Shown in pieces: positions 1-9,081 of a stretch of 64,000 nucleotides of DNA. Position numbers and translations under genes: made by a program. This DNA is from Candidatus Latescibacterota bacterium (lineage in GTDB: Bacteria > Latescibacterota > UBA2968 > UBA8231). The notes beneath the pieces were generated by a model. That model ran no database searches. It saw only the letters and a program-made list of their open reading frames with translations, and was not told where the DNA came from. Where the stretch lies: assembly GCA_965243025.1 (NCBI GenBank), contig CBDETY010000003.1, positions 4,928,001 to 4,992,000 of the forward strand, given 5' to 3'. Within the stretch, counting starts at the first letter, position 1; every line of letters begins with the position of its first letter.

Positions 1-329
1 ACCACGCCGGTTCTGTAATCGGACTGCGGAAGGCTCAGTTCGACCTTGCCTCGTGAAACCAGGCTGTCGACGAACCCCAGCTTCATGTGCCGGGCAATCT
101 CCTTGTTCGGTGTCTCCAGGTCGAACTTCGGCTTGCCTCCCCTTTTTACGTGGCAATAGGTACACTGCTTCACCCCTATTGCCTTTGCGATCTTTTTCAT
201 CGCTTTGATCGTCTCGACCTGGTTTTCGCCGAACAAGGTGCTGCCCTTCCGGGCGTCGGACGGCGCTACAATCCCCGCCATGAAGACGACTGTTGCCGCA
301 GCCCAAATTCTGAAAGCCGACGATGCCAC
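1..329 (-). CDS. Exported c-type cytochrome, PufC/reaction-centre cytochrome-like (partial, runs off window start)
   Basis: Not in the ORF track. Manual translation from GTG at 329 (GGAGGAAGG RBS): MASSAFRIWAAATVVFMAGIVAPSDA..MKKIAKAIGVKQCTYCHVKRGG. Signal peptide plus CxxCH. Confidence 0.8.
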   Translation of the reverse strand, partial: MASSAFRIWAAATVVFMAGIVAPSDARKGSTLFGENQVETIKAMKKIAKAIGVKQCTYCHVKRGGKPKFDLETPNKEIARHMKLGFVDSLVSRGKVELSLPQSDYRTGV

Positions 330-533
330 TATCCTTCCTCCCTCTTCGAGGCTGGTGCACTCACAGCAAGGGTCAGGCCCCTGTAGGGGGGTGAGGATCC
401 AAGGGGCAAGGAATGGGCGCCGTGCATTATCGGTTGCAGAGTTTCGAGCCATCACGAGTGGAGTTGTCAACAACAGGAATAATCCGAAAGGGTTGCGGGA
501 AAAGGACCGCCCGCCGAAGTCGCGCCCTGAAAT

Positions 534-1034
534 TCAGCGAGGTACCGAATATTCGCCGCTCTCGATGGCTCGCTCGAGCTCCTGGTGGAAAGTGCTGTCG
601 AGATAGGAGGTAATCTTCCAACCTTTGTTGCCCGGATCGTCCTCGCGGAGAAAGTAGAAATAAGGTGATGTCGGCGATTCGGTTCTGCCGGTATCGACAT
701 CGAACAACAGGTAAGCGATTCGTTTATTGATTTCGCGCTCTTCGACGATCTCCCGCCTCGCCAGGTCTTTCTCCAAGGTTCGACGCTGCTCCGGCCAGTT
801 GTCCTTCCAACGCTGCAGATCACCTTCGAAGTCGGCTTTCCGGTAGCTCCCAGCCAGGCAGTTCCAAGCCGCGACGGCGTCGTTTTTTCCAACGGCATCC
901 CGGTAGGTTTTATATGTAGCAGCGGGGCTTGAATACCTGCGATCGTCAGGCGAATCCCCGCAGGCACCTGCAAGCAGCCACAACGAGGCGACGACGGCCG
1001 CCCGGTACCGAACCGGAACATCGAAACGGATCAT
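534..1034 (-). CDS. Hypothetical lipoprotein
   Basis: Hydrophobic stretch ending in lipobox-like LAGA-C; probable start ATG 1034. Confidence 0.65.
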   Translation of the reverse strand: MIRFDVPVRYRAAVVASLWLLAGACGDSPDDRRYSSPAATYKTYRDAVGKNDAVAAWNCLAGSYRKADFEGDLQRWKDNWPEQRRTLEKDLARREIVEEREINKRIAYLLFDVDTGRTESPTSPYFYFLREDDPGNKGWKITSYLDSTFHQELERAIESGEYSVPR

Positions 1035-1086
1035 ACCCAGGAAGTTCAAGCAATACGGTCGGGGTGAAGCCCGGAAGGAACTACGA

Positions 1087-1806
1087 TTACGAGTCGTGTT
1101 CCGCTGTGGAGCGAGCAATCTCGTCACGCAACTCCGCAGCTTTTTCGTATTCCTCGCAGATGACGGCTATTTCGAGAAGGTGGTGCAACAGTGTCAGCCG
1201 GTGCGAGTGGGCGGTTTCCGGGTTTTCGATGGCGGTTTCCACCTCGTCCGGGGGGGAAACCCCGGCGGCGTCACCGTTCAGGTCCGGGCCTGGTCCGGCA
1301 TCGTCGACAATCTGGGGATCGAATTCGCAGAAGTGCTCGATCGCCTTGTCAATGGAATCGCCGCTCGAGTAACCCGCCATGTCGAGAACCTGCCCGGTGG
1401 CATACAAAGGGACCTGTGCCCGCAGTCCCATGGCCACCGCATCCGAAGGGCGAGCATCTACCTCGTGCAGGGCGCCTTCGATTTCGAGGACGACGGTTGC
1501 AAAGAAAGTGGAATTGTGTACCGAGTGAATGATGATCCGTCGTGCATCCGCGTTCAAGCGTTGGAGCATGGTCGTCAACAAATCGTGAGAGATAGGTCGC
1601 AGGGGAGGCTGGTCTCGACGAAGTTTCATCTGGATTGCCGCGGCCTCGAATTCCCCTATGGCGATCGGAAGCAAACGAGGCATGTCGGCATTTTTTTCGC
1701 ACAGCCAGAGGAGCGGTTTTTCAACGCGGGGAAAGGGGCTCACCCGGATGACGGACATCTCCACAAGAGCGCCGGTTCGTCCCGAGTTCGCAGTGTTCAT
1801 CAACAA
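1087..1806 (-). CDS. Bifunctional nuclease (DUF151) family protein with C-terminal UVR motif
   Basis: LPIAIGEFEA, RPISHDL, DARPSDAVA motifs; C-terminal EEYEKAAELRDEI. Confidence 0.88.
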   Translation of the reverse strand: MLMNTANSGRTGALVEMSVIRVSPFPRVEKPLLWLCEKNADMPRLLPIAIGEFEAAAIQMKLRRDQPPLRPISHDLLTTMLQRLNADARRIIIHSVHNSTFFATVVLEIEGALHEVDARPSDAVAMGLRAQVPLYATGQVLDMAGYSSGDSIDKAIEHFCEFDPQIVDDAGPGPDLNGDAAGVSPPDEVETAIENPETAHSHRLTLLHHLLEIAVICEEYEKAAELRDEIARSTAEHDS

Positions 1807-1814
1807 TGCCGCTT

Positions 1815-2450
1815 TCAGGGTTGGCGCTGCAGTTCGGTGATGCGGTCGCGAAGTCGCGCCGCTTCTTCGTAGGCCTCCTCGGACACCGCCTGCCTCAAAC
1901 GCCTCTTCAGTAAATCGAGTGGGGTAGGGGTGTCCTCGGCGCTGGCGGGCGGCTCGGACAATCCTCCCACCCCCGTCCCGGAAAACTCGCCGAAACCCGG
2001 TTTCTTCAGTTCGGGCACGCTACGCACAGATTCCGGTGATTCGGACTGTTCCGGCGTACTTTCAGCCCCTTCCTGGAGCACCTGTTCAGAAGCGAAAATC
2101 GGCGCATCCGTACGCAAGGCAAGCGCGATCGCATCGCTCGGACGCGAATCGATGGCAGTGGTAGTACCATCGGCGTCTCGAAGGTGAATCTCGGCGTAGT
2201 AAATGCCGTCGCGGAGGCCAGTGATCTCGATCCGCTCGATGTGGGCGTTTATTTCGTTGAGCAAGGCGCAGGCCAGATCGTAGCTCAGAGGACGAACCGG
2301 TTTCTGCCCGTTATGGGCTGCCGAAATTGCCCCGGCCTCGCTGGGTCCGATCATGATCTGCAGGCAGGATGCCCCCTCTTTCTCCTGGAGGACAACTCGG
2401 TGGTACGTCCCGGAATTGGCCTGAACTTCACGTACCTGCATCTCAACCAT
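1815..2450 (-). CDS. Bifunctional nuclease (DUF151) family protein with C-terminal UVR motif
   Basis: IMIGPSEA, RPLSYDL, DSRPSDAIALA; C-terminal EAYEEAARLRDRI. Confidence 0.9.
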   Translation of the reverse strand: MVEMQVREVQANSGTYHRVVLQEKEGASCLQIMIGPSEAGAISAAHNGQKPVRPLSYDLACALLNEINAHIERIEITGLRDGIYYAEIHLRDADGTTTAIDSRPSDAIALALRTDAPIFASEQVLQEGAESTPEQSESPESVRSVPELKKPGFGEFSGTGVGGLSEPPASAEDTPTPLDLLKRRLRQAVSEEAYEEAARLRDRITELQRQP

Positions 2451-2497
2451 GGTAGGCGCACACCTTCAGGAGGGGGGGTTGCCCGCTGCGTTGGCGA

Positions 2498-2527
2498 AAT
2501 ATAACACGCTGCAAAAAAACGTGTCAA
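2498..2527 (-). promoter_or_regulatory. Sigma-70-like promoter for the DUF151 pair
   Basis: Minus strand TTGACA-18 nt-TATATT with TG extended -10, about 50 nt upstream of ATG 2450. Confidence 0.6.
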
Positions 2528-2574
2528 CAGCCTCTCCCCGCCTCGTTTTTCCTACCGTAAGTGGTTGAAAAAAA

Positions 2575-2736
2575 TCAACTTTCGGCATCTTCGCCTCGTG
2601 GTGAGGAAGGCAGGTTGCGCAGCTGCTCGGCCAGGGAATCGCTGCGTTTTTTCAGGTGGACGACGTAGGCGAACAGGATGATCCAGACAGCGGAACAAGC
2701 CGCGAACAGGTAGGGGAGGTTGGGATCGGTTTGCAT
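2575..2736 (-). CDS. ccmD: Heme exporter protein CcmD-like
   Basis: 53 aa, one TM segment (YLFAACSAVWIILFAYVVHL) then a basic tail, directly after ccmC. Confidence 0.75.
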   Translation of the reverse strand: MQTDPNLPYLFAACSAVWIILFAYVVHLKKRSDSLAEQLRNLPSSPRGEDAES

Positions 2737-2789
2737 CGCAAAGGTCCTTGGGAATTTCGATGTGGTTACTGGGGGCACAGCCGGCAGTT

Positions 2790-3464
2790 TCAGGATTCGG
2801 ACCGGCGTTGGCGGAATCGCATTTCTTCGAGAATCGCTGCGGAGCGCTCCAGCTCAACTCTCAGGTTCATCAGGTAGAAGAACAGTAATCCAAATGCCAC
2901 GTAACAGAGGTATTTCGTCTGGGCCATTTCCGTGGCCATCTGGACTCCTCGCTGGGGATGCAGTTGCTGCTCTGGCGCCCATAAATCCACAGAGTAGTGC
3001 ACGAGAGGAATATTGACGAACGCGACGACTCCGAGGACTGCGGCGTAGCGTCGCATCCGGTCCGCATGGCCCGATGCGTAGGCACGGACCATGAGGTAGG
3101 CGACGTACATGGCAAAGGTGATGAGCATTGTCGTCAGGCGGGGCTCCCAGCGCCAGAACACACCCCAGACCGGCTTCGCCCACAGCGGACCGGTCACCAG
3201 GTTGATGGCCGAAAACAGGACCCCGAGCTCCGCTGCCGCCGTGGCGATCCGGTCCCACCGTACCTGGCGCGTTTTCAGGTAGGCGATGCTGGCGATGAAG
3301 ACGAGGAAAAAAGCCGCGAAGGCGGTCATGGCCGCCGGAACGTGGAAATAGAAGATCCGCTGCACGTTTCCCATTTCCCGCTCAGTCGGGGCGTACAGGA
3401 AGACCGCTGCCAGGGCCAGCAGCATTGCCGCAAACACGCAAATCGACAGAAGGCGGGATGCCAT
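2790..3464 (-). CDS. ccmC: Heme exporter CcmC
   Basis: RIFYFHVP, Trp-rich WAKPVWGVFWRWEPRLT, distal His; follows ccmAB. Confidence 0.93.
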   Translation of the reverse strand: MASRLLSICVFAAMLLALAAVFLYAPTEREMGNVQRIFYFHVPAAMTAFAAFFLVFIASIAYLKTRQVRWDRIATAAAELGVLFSAINLVTGPLWAKPVWGVFWRWEPRLTTMLITFAMYVAYLMVRAYASGHADRMRRYAAVLGVVAFVNIPLVHYSVDLWAPEQQLHPQRGVQMATEMAQTKYLCYVAFGLLFFYLMNLRVELERSAAILEEMRFRQRRSES

Positions 3465-3467
3465 GGG

Positions 3468-4193
3468 TCAGGATTCCTCGACAACGTAGTCGAACAACAT
3501 CGTCGACAGGGTAGTGAAAACCAACGCGTATACAGTGAGAATCTGCAGGTGTCGCCACCACTGCGAACGCAGATCCGGTTGCAGTCCCAGGCGCACCTGC
3601 TCCAATACCGCGGTTGTCGCTTCAACGCAGGATATGATCAGTGGAACGATTACCGGCAGTATCAGCATGGGAAGAATGAACTCGCGAAGACGCGTATGCT
3701 GCGCCATGGCGGCAAACAGTGTTCCCACCGCGGCCAGCCCTGCCGAGCCAAGCAGCAGAACCGGCAACAAGAGAAGAAGCGGAGGGCTGAAAGGGAGGTT
3801 GAAAAACAGCGCGAAAACCGGCATGCTGATTATTTCGACCAGGAGAAGAAACAGGACGTTACCCAGCATCTTGGCCAGGTAAAGGGCGGTGGGACTGTTG
3901 GCGGCAAGCAGCAGGGCATCGAGACAGTGGCTTTCCCGCTCCGATGCGAAGGTCTGGTTAAGGCCGAACAGGCTCGCGAATACATAGGACCCCCACAATA
4001 CACCCGGGCCGATCTCGGTCAGGGCGGCCCCGCCCAACTCGAAGGAAAAGTTGAAAACCAACAGCATCAGGAGCACGAAAAAGGCTGTGGGTACCAGCCG
4101 CGCTCTCGTGCGCCACTCGAGCATTGTGTCCTTCCACAAGAGGGTGCCGATCTGCCTTGTCAAGGAAGCACCCTCTCGTCCGGTTCTTTCCAT
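3468..4193 (-). CDS. ccmB: Heme exporter permease CcmB
   Basis: LWKD..EWR N-terminus, multi-TM, F..ERE..LDALLL, LPMLILPVIVP. Confidence 0.92.
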   Translation of the reverse strand: MERTGREGASLTRQIGTLLWKDTMLEWRTRARLVPTAFFVLLMLLVFNFSFELGGAALTEIGPGVLWGSYVFASLFGLNQTFASERESHCLDALLLAANSPTALYLAKMLGNVLFLLLVEIISMPVFALFFNLPFSPPLLLLLPVLLLGSAGLAAVGTLFAAMAQHTRLREFILPMLILPVIVPLIISCVEATTAVLEQVRLGLQPDLRSQWWRHLQILTVYALVFTTLSTMLFDYVVEES

Positions 4194-4211
4194 AATCCCG
4201 AACCCGCGATT

Positions 4212-4910
4212 TCACCTCGACACTTGAACCGTGCAGGCCTCCCGCAGCTGACCGGCGTCTCCTTCCCACAAGGAGTTCCGCTCCAGGCGCCCGGCGCGCA
4301 ACAGGACCAGGCGGGTCACGAGGCATGCCAGTTCCTCGCAGCGGTGGGCGATGACGACAACGGTCTTCCCCCGGCTCTTGAACGCCTTCAGCTGCCGGAG
4401 CAAGTCGTCGGATCCGTTGCGGTCCAGAGCCTCGAACGGCTCGTCGAGAAACAGCAACTCCGGTTCCTGAACCATGGCCCGCGCGAGGGCCAGGCGCTGC
4501 TTCATCCCGCGCGAAAGATCGCCAACCCTGCGGTGCTGAAACCGCACGATTCCCCCCTCGGCGATCAGGTCGTCCACACGGGACCGGGGCCGCACTCCGT
4601 ACATGCGGGCGAAGAAGTCGAGGTTTTCCCGTGCAGAGAGATCGTCGTAAAGCAGCGGCTGATGCGAAAGCAAGCCAACGGCGCGACGCGCGGAGGCATT
4701 GCGCGGCTCCAGACCGGAAATCAGCACCCGGCCACGGGTAGGTTGTGACAGGCCGGAAAACAGTCGCACCAGGGTGCTTTTTCCGGCACCGTTGGGACCG
4801 GCAACGAGGACGAACTCACCGGACTGTATGGTGAGCGAAATTCCGTCCAGGGCCACCAGGGACCCGAATCGTTTGGTCACATCGTAAAGTTGAATGGCAG
4901 GTACGGTCAT
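4212..4910 (-). CDS. ccmA: Heme export ABC ATPase CcmA
   Basis: Walker A GPNGAGKS, signature LSRGM, Walker B LFLDEP; adjacent to ccmB. Confidence 0.9.
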   Translation of the reverse strand: MTVPAIQLYDVTKRFGSLVALDGISLTIQSGEFVLVAGPNGAGKSTLVRLFSGLSQPTRGRVLISGLEPRNASARRAVGLLSHQPLLYDDLSARENLDFFARMYGVRPRSRVDDLIAEGGIVRFQHRRVGDLSRGMKQRLALARAMVQEPELLFLDEPFEALDRNGSDDLLRQLKAFKSRGKTVVVIAHRCEELACLVTRLVLLRAGRLERNSLWEGDAGQLREACTVQVSR

Positions 4911-6061
4911 GAGTTTCCTGCATCCGCCTCCCCGTCGAGCAGTTGATATACAGCCTCGGCGCGGCGCATCAGACCATCCCGGCTGGCGCGTTCATCCCTC
5001 GCGAGATCACTCTCCGGACAGGACGCCAGCTTTTTAACGAGCTGTATGCGTGCTTGCTCGAGGTCTTCCCGGGTCGCCCGAGGGTCCACCCCTGCGGACC
5101 GGGCTAACTGCTCGCGCGAGTACCCGGTTTCCTCGGGGACTCGCAGGACCCTGCTTGCTCCTGCTGCGAACAGGAGAGTCATCAACGAACCCCCCAGGGC
5201 AAGCCATTTCATCATCCAGCCTTTCGGACGGTGGGCTGGCAGCGGGATGTCGACTACGGCAGCGCCGGCTTCGGGTTGGAGCACGTACCACCGGTACGGG
5301 CGCTCGTGAATCGGGACTTCGCCACGGTCGATGAATGGCGCCGGCAGATCGATGGTCGGCGGGGACAGGTACAGTTCGAGAAGCCCGGTCGGATAAAGAA
5401 AGTGGTGACGGTACCGCGAGCCGGCGGTTGTCCGATCGAGCCCGAAGGAGAAGGCAACCGTTGAACGTCCCGGTGGCAGAGGTTGGGTATCGTGGAACCG
5501 GTTGGCCTCTCCCGGTACCAAGTCGCCGGAAAGGGAACGCAGGCCGAACAGGCCGGCAGGCAGCAGAAACTCGGTGACTCGCCGTTCCTTCCCATCCCCG
5601 CTTCCCGTGTAGGTTGCGCGTCCCTGGTTTTCGATCTCGACGAACTGAGCGACCTCGATCGTTTCCCGGCTGACGGTAAGCACCATGCGGTGGTTGTCGA
5701 TCTTCAGGTCGGCCCTCTCGCCGCCCGGGTCGAATACCTCGAGGACGATCTGTTTCTGCGAATCCGCCCGTAAACGCGCGGATGGATAGGGAATGCCGCG
5801 GTAGAAAGGGACGAGTACGAAGGTCAGATCCCGGGTCAGGAAAGGACCGGAGAAGGAGATTCGGCCCCAGTTGTCGGTGCGCTTGCGCAGGATCTCCTCC
5901 GGGGTGCCCCGGTCGACCAGGAAGGCGACTTCTGTACCGCCCACCGGTTGGCCCGATTCTCCGTGAACGACGTAGGCATCGATGGTGTCGCCGCAGACCG
6001 GAGCGAGAAACAGTGCAATATCGAGGATGGCGGCCCGGCCCGGCGCCTTCACCCGAATCAC
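4907..6061 (-). CDS. Uncharacterised exported, membrane-anchored protein in the ccm operon
   Basis: N-terminal hydrophobic segment, beta-rich body, C-terminal TM; overlaps both neighbours by 4 nt. Confidence 0.7.
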   Translation of the reverse strand: MIRVKAPGRAAILDIALFLAPVCGDTIDAYVVHGESGQPVGGTEVAFLVDRGTPEEILRKRTDNWGRISFSGPFLTRDLTFVLVPFYRGIPYPSARLRADSQKQIVLEVFDPGGERADLKIDNHRMVLTVSRETIEVAQFVEIENQGRATYTGSGDGKERRVTEFLLPAGLFGLRSLSGDLVPGEANRFHDTQPLPPGRSTVAFSFGLDRTTAGSRYRHHFLYPTGLLELYLSPPTIDLPAPFIDRGEVPIHERPYRWYVLQPEAGAAVVDIPLPAHRPKGWMMKWLALGGSLMTLLFAAGASRVLRVPEETGYSREQLARSAGVDPRATREDLEQARIQLVKKLASCPESDLARDERASRDGLMRRAEAVYQLLDGEADAGNS

Positions 6062-6504
6062 AGGCGGGCGCCGCACTGGGAGCAGAAGCGATGGCTCGCC
6101 GCACCAGGGGCACCGCAGGCAGTGCAGAAGAAAGCAGGAGCCCCGGGATGATCCCGCCGGGAGCGCATTTCGGCGATGTCACGCTCGATGCGGGCGGCTA
6201 GTTGCTCCGATTCGGGATATCCGTTCGGCTGATCGAGTTCGCGCAGGATGGCGACCGCCTGATCTTCCAGCGCCCCCCTTTGTCGCCGGTATTCGTCGTC
6301 GGACAACTTGCCGACGGAGTGGTCGAATTCGAGCTCTTTAATCGATGAGTACAGTTGTTCCTTGCGCTCGTGCAAAGCCAGTCGCCGCCGCCCGGCCGCT
6401 CGCCGAGCCGCCGAACCGGAGGTGGCGTCGAAAAAGGGAACCACAACGAATGCCAGGATTGTCAGCGCCAGTGCCACGCAGGTGGCGGTAATTGCGATCT
6501 CCAC
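6058..6504 (-). CDS. CcmI-N-like membrane protein with C-terminal zinc ribbon
   Basis: N-terminal TM, IKELEFD..GKLSDDEY helix, CTACG..FCSQCG; GTG start 6504. Confidence 0.75.
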   Translation of the reverse strand: MEIAITATCVALALTILAFVVVPFFDATSGSAARRAAGRRRLALHERKEQLYSSIKELEFDHSVGKLSDDEYRRQRGALEDQAVAILRELDQPNGYPESEQLAARIERDIAEMRSRRDHPGAPAFFCTACGAPGAASHRFCSQCGARL

Positions 6505-6511
6505 GCGCGGC

Positions 6512-7021
6512 TTACTCCCTGTCCATTCGCGCGAGGTCTTCCCGCAGTCGGGATTCGTAATCCGCGCTATCGTCGTCCTTCGGGAGGAGGGTTTCCGCGA
6601 CGGGATCCCCCTTTCTCCGAAGCCAACGGTGCAGAACCGCGAGAACGGCGAGGACGCCCGCAAAAAGAACGGCGACCGGCGTCAGGCGGCTGATCCATCG
6701 TGAACTTCCGGGAGGAGGCTCGGAAAGAACCGTATTGCCAAAGCGCTCGACGTAACTGGCGACGATCTCTTCGGCGCTCATTCCCGAGGCCATCTGGCGG
6801 CCGATTGCCTCCCGTTCTGGAACGGCGAAGGCGGTGCAGACGCAGGTCGCCAGGGATTCGCGGGGGCAGCTCCCGCAAAGACAGACCAGGTCTGAGGCGA
6901 CCTCCTTGATCTGTTCCGGAGTGGGGAACCGTGCGACCGGGCCCGTTGTTTCGGCGTGGCTGGCTGCGGGGAACCAGGTGGCCAGGCCCAGGCATGCGGA
7001 AATCGCGGCTGCGCGAATCAC
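6512..7021 (-). CDS. ccmH: Cytochrome c biogenesis protein CcmH/CcmL (Cys-rich variant)
   Basis: Signal peptide, LVCLCGSC..CVC, GMSAEEIVASYVERFGNTVL, then a TM segment. Confidence 0.85.
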   Translation of the reverse strand: MIRAAAISACLGLATWFPAASHAETTGPVARFPTPEQIKEVASDLVCLCGSCPRESLATCVCTAFAVPEREAIGRQMASGMSAEEIVASYVERFGNTVLSEPPPGSSRWISRLTPVAVLFAGVLAVLAVLHRWLRRKGDPVAETLLPKDDDSADYESRLREDLARMDRE

Positions 7022-7027
7022 GGGAAT

Positions 7028-9046
7028 TCAGACGCGGGCCCCGGCAGGTTCCGGTAACCCCGTGGCAGCTGTCCCGCCGCGGAACGATTCGCGGTCGAGC
7101 TCAGCCAGGCGGCGCTCCCGGGCCGATGGCCACATGACCCACAGAGAGCTGAGCAGGAAAAGGATTCCACCGGCCCATACGCAGTTGACGAGCGGGTTTA
7201 TGTACACCTGGAACTTGGTGCTGTCGTCGCTGGCAGTTCCCACCAGGATCAGGTAGAAGTCCTCCAGCCGCGAAGACCAGATCGCGACTTCCGTGGTGTT
7301 CTGCTCGGAGCGGTGGTAGAAACGCCGTTCGGGCAACAGGGTTGCGAGAAACTCACCGTCGCGGCGAAGGGACAGCGCCGCGGCCCTGGTCGACTTGTGA
7401 GGGTCTTCGTGGTGCGCAAGGGACTCGAAAGTTACCGAGTAGCGGCCGATCTGCTGTTCCTCTCCATAATCGAGAACGAACTCCTTCTCCGTTGAAAAAG
7501 CCTTTCCCGTGAAACCTACGAACAGCAAAACCATGGCGATGTGCACGAGGTATCCCCCGTAGCGGCGCCTGCTCTTGCTCAACAGCCGCAGCAGAGCTGC
7601 AACAACCGTGTCGCCGGTGCTGCGGCGCCGCGACACCGCGCCGCGGTAGAACTCGAGAGCGACGGAACAGAATACGAAGCCGCACAAAGCCAGCGAGACG
7701 GCCGCGTACAGATCGCTCACTCCCAGAAGTATCGCACAGACAGCAGTGGCAGCGGCGCCGGCAAGGGGTGCGGCAAAATTGCGCTTAAGGCTTTCCGGGG
7801 ACGTTCGCCGCCAGGCAAACAGGGGGCCGGCGCCTGTGAGAAGCAACAGAACCAATCCCAACGGCACGTTGATGCGGTTGAAGAAGGGGGGGCCCACGGT
7901 GATCTTGTCCCCGGTCACGGCTTCGGATAGAACGGGAAACAGGGTTCCCCAAAGGACGGCGAACAGCATCCCGAGGAGGATCCAGTTGTTGAGAAGAAAA
8001 GCCGTTTCCCGCGAAGCGAAAGATTCGAGCCGGCTGCTGCTGCGCAGGGCCGGCAACCGGTACAGAAGCAGCGCCGTCGATCCGACGGCCAGCAGAACGA
8101 GGTAGACGACGAAGTAGCTTCCGATGCTCGACTGGGCAAACGAGTGAACCGACTCGATCAGGCCGCTGCGGGTGATGAACGTTCCGAACACCGTCATGCC
8201 GTAGGTAAGGAAGACGAGGATGATGTTCCAGACTTTGAGCATCCCCTTGCGTTCCTGGATCATGATCGAGTGCAGCAGCGCGGTCGCTGCCAGCCACGGC
8301 ATCAGAGACGCGTTCTCTACCGGGTCCCAGGCCCAGTAGCCACCCCAACCGAGCTCGACGTAGGCCCATTTTCCTCCCAGAAGGAGGCCGGCGCCCAACA
8401 GCGCCCAGGGAATGAGCAGCCACCTGCGCATGGCTCGCAGCCAGTTGCTGTCGAGGTTGCCGGACATCAAAGCGGCGAGCGCAAAGGCGAAGGGAACCGC
8501 CATACCGACCATTCCGGCGTACAGCATGGGCGGGTGGATCGCCATGTAGGGATGCTGAAGAATCGGGTTGAGGCCGTTGCCGTCAGCGGGGGCAAAGGGC
8601 AATCGCCTGAAGGGATCGGCGGCGTACAGATTCAACAGGATAAAGAAAAAACAATACCCGGCCAGGACTGCGGTTACGTAGGGCATCAGGTCGCGATAGC
8701 GGTAGCGATTGACGAGCAGCACGGCCGCCATGTAGATGGAGACCATCCACCCCCAGAACATCACCGAGCCGTTCTGCCCGCCCCACAACGAAGCGATCAC
8801 GTAGAGGGTCGGCATCGCCCGGTTCGAGTTCTCGGCGACGTACTGGACGGAGAAGTCGCCGGTGAGGATGGCGTACCACAAGCCCATTACAGCGATACCG
8901 AGCAGAACGAACACCGCCAGAGCGGCGTTTTCCCCGCTGCGAACGAGCCTTTCCTGATCTCTGCGGGCGCCGTAAAGCGAGGCGAACACGGCGTACCCCG
9001 CCGCTACCAACGCCAGGCACAGGGCAAAGTAGCCGACGTCGACCAT
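7028..9046 (-). CDS. ccmF: Heme lyase CcmF
   Basis: GLNPILQHPYMAIHPPMLY, WGGYWAWDPVENASLMPW, SVHSF. Confidence 0.97.
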   Translation of the reverse strand: MVDVGYFALCLALVAAGYAVFASLYGARRDQERLVRSGENAALAVFVLLGIAVMGLWYAILTGDFSVQYVAENSNRAMPTLYVIASLWGGQNGSVMFWGWMVSIYMAAVLLVNRYRYRDLMPYVTAVLAGYCFFFILLNLYAADPFRRLPFAPADGNGLNPILQHPYMAIHPPMLYAGMVGMAVPFAFALAALMSGNLDSNWLRAMRRWLLIPWALLGAGLLLGGKWAYVELGWGGYWAWDPVENASLMPWLAATALLHSIMIQERKGMLKVWNIILVFLTYGMTVFGTFITRSGLIESVHSFAQSSIGSYFVVYLVLLAVGSTALLLYRLPALRSSSRLESFASRETAFLLNNWILLGMLFAVLWGTLFPVLSEAVTGDKITVGPPFFNRINVPLGLVLLLLTGAGPLFAWRRTSPESLKRNFAAPLAGAAATAVCAILLGVSDLYAAVSLALCGFVFCSVALEFYRGAVSRRRSTGDTVVAALLRLLSKSRRRYGGYLVHIAMVLLFVGFTGKAFSTEKEFVLDYGEEQQIGRYSVTFESLAHHEDPHKSTRAAALSLRRDGEFLATLLPERRFYHRSEQNTTEVAIWSSRLEDFYLILVGTASDDSTKFQVYINPLVNCVWAGGILFLLSSLWVMWPSARERRLAELDRESFRGGTAATGLPEPAGARV

Positions 9047-9081
9047 ATCAGGGGTTCAGATGTTGCAGGAGTGGGTTGGAG

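Noticed and set aside
1-329. Evidence for phototrophy
   Set aside because: No puf or bch genes in the window, and such cytochrome domains occur in non-phototrophs.
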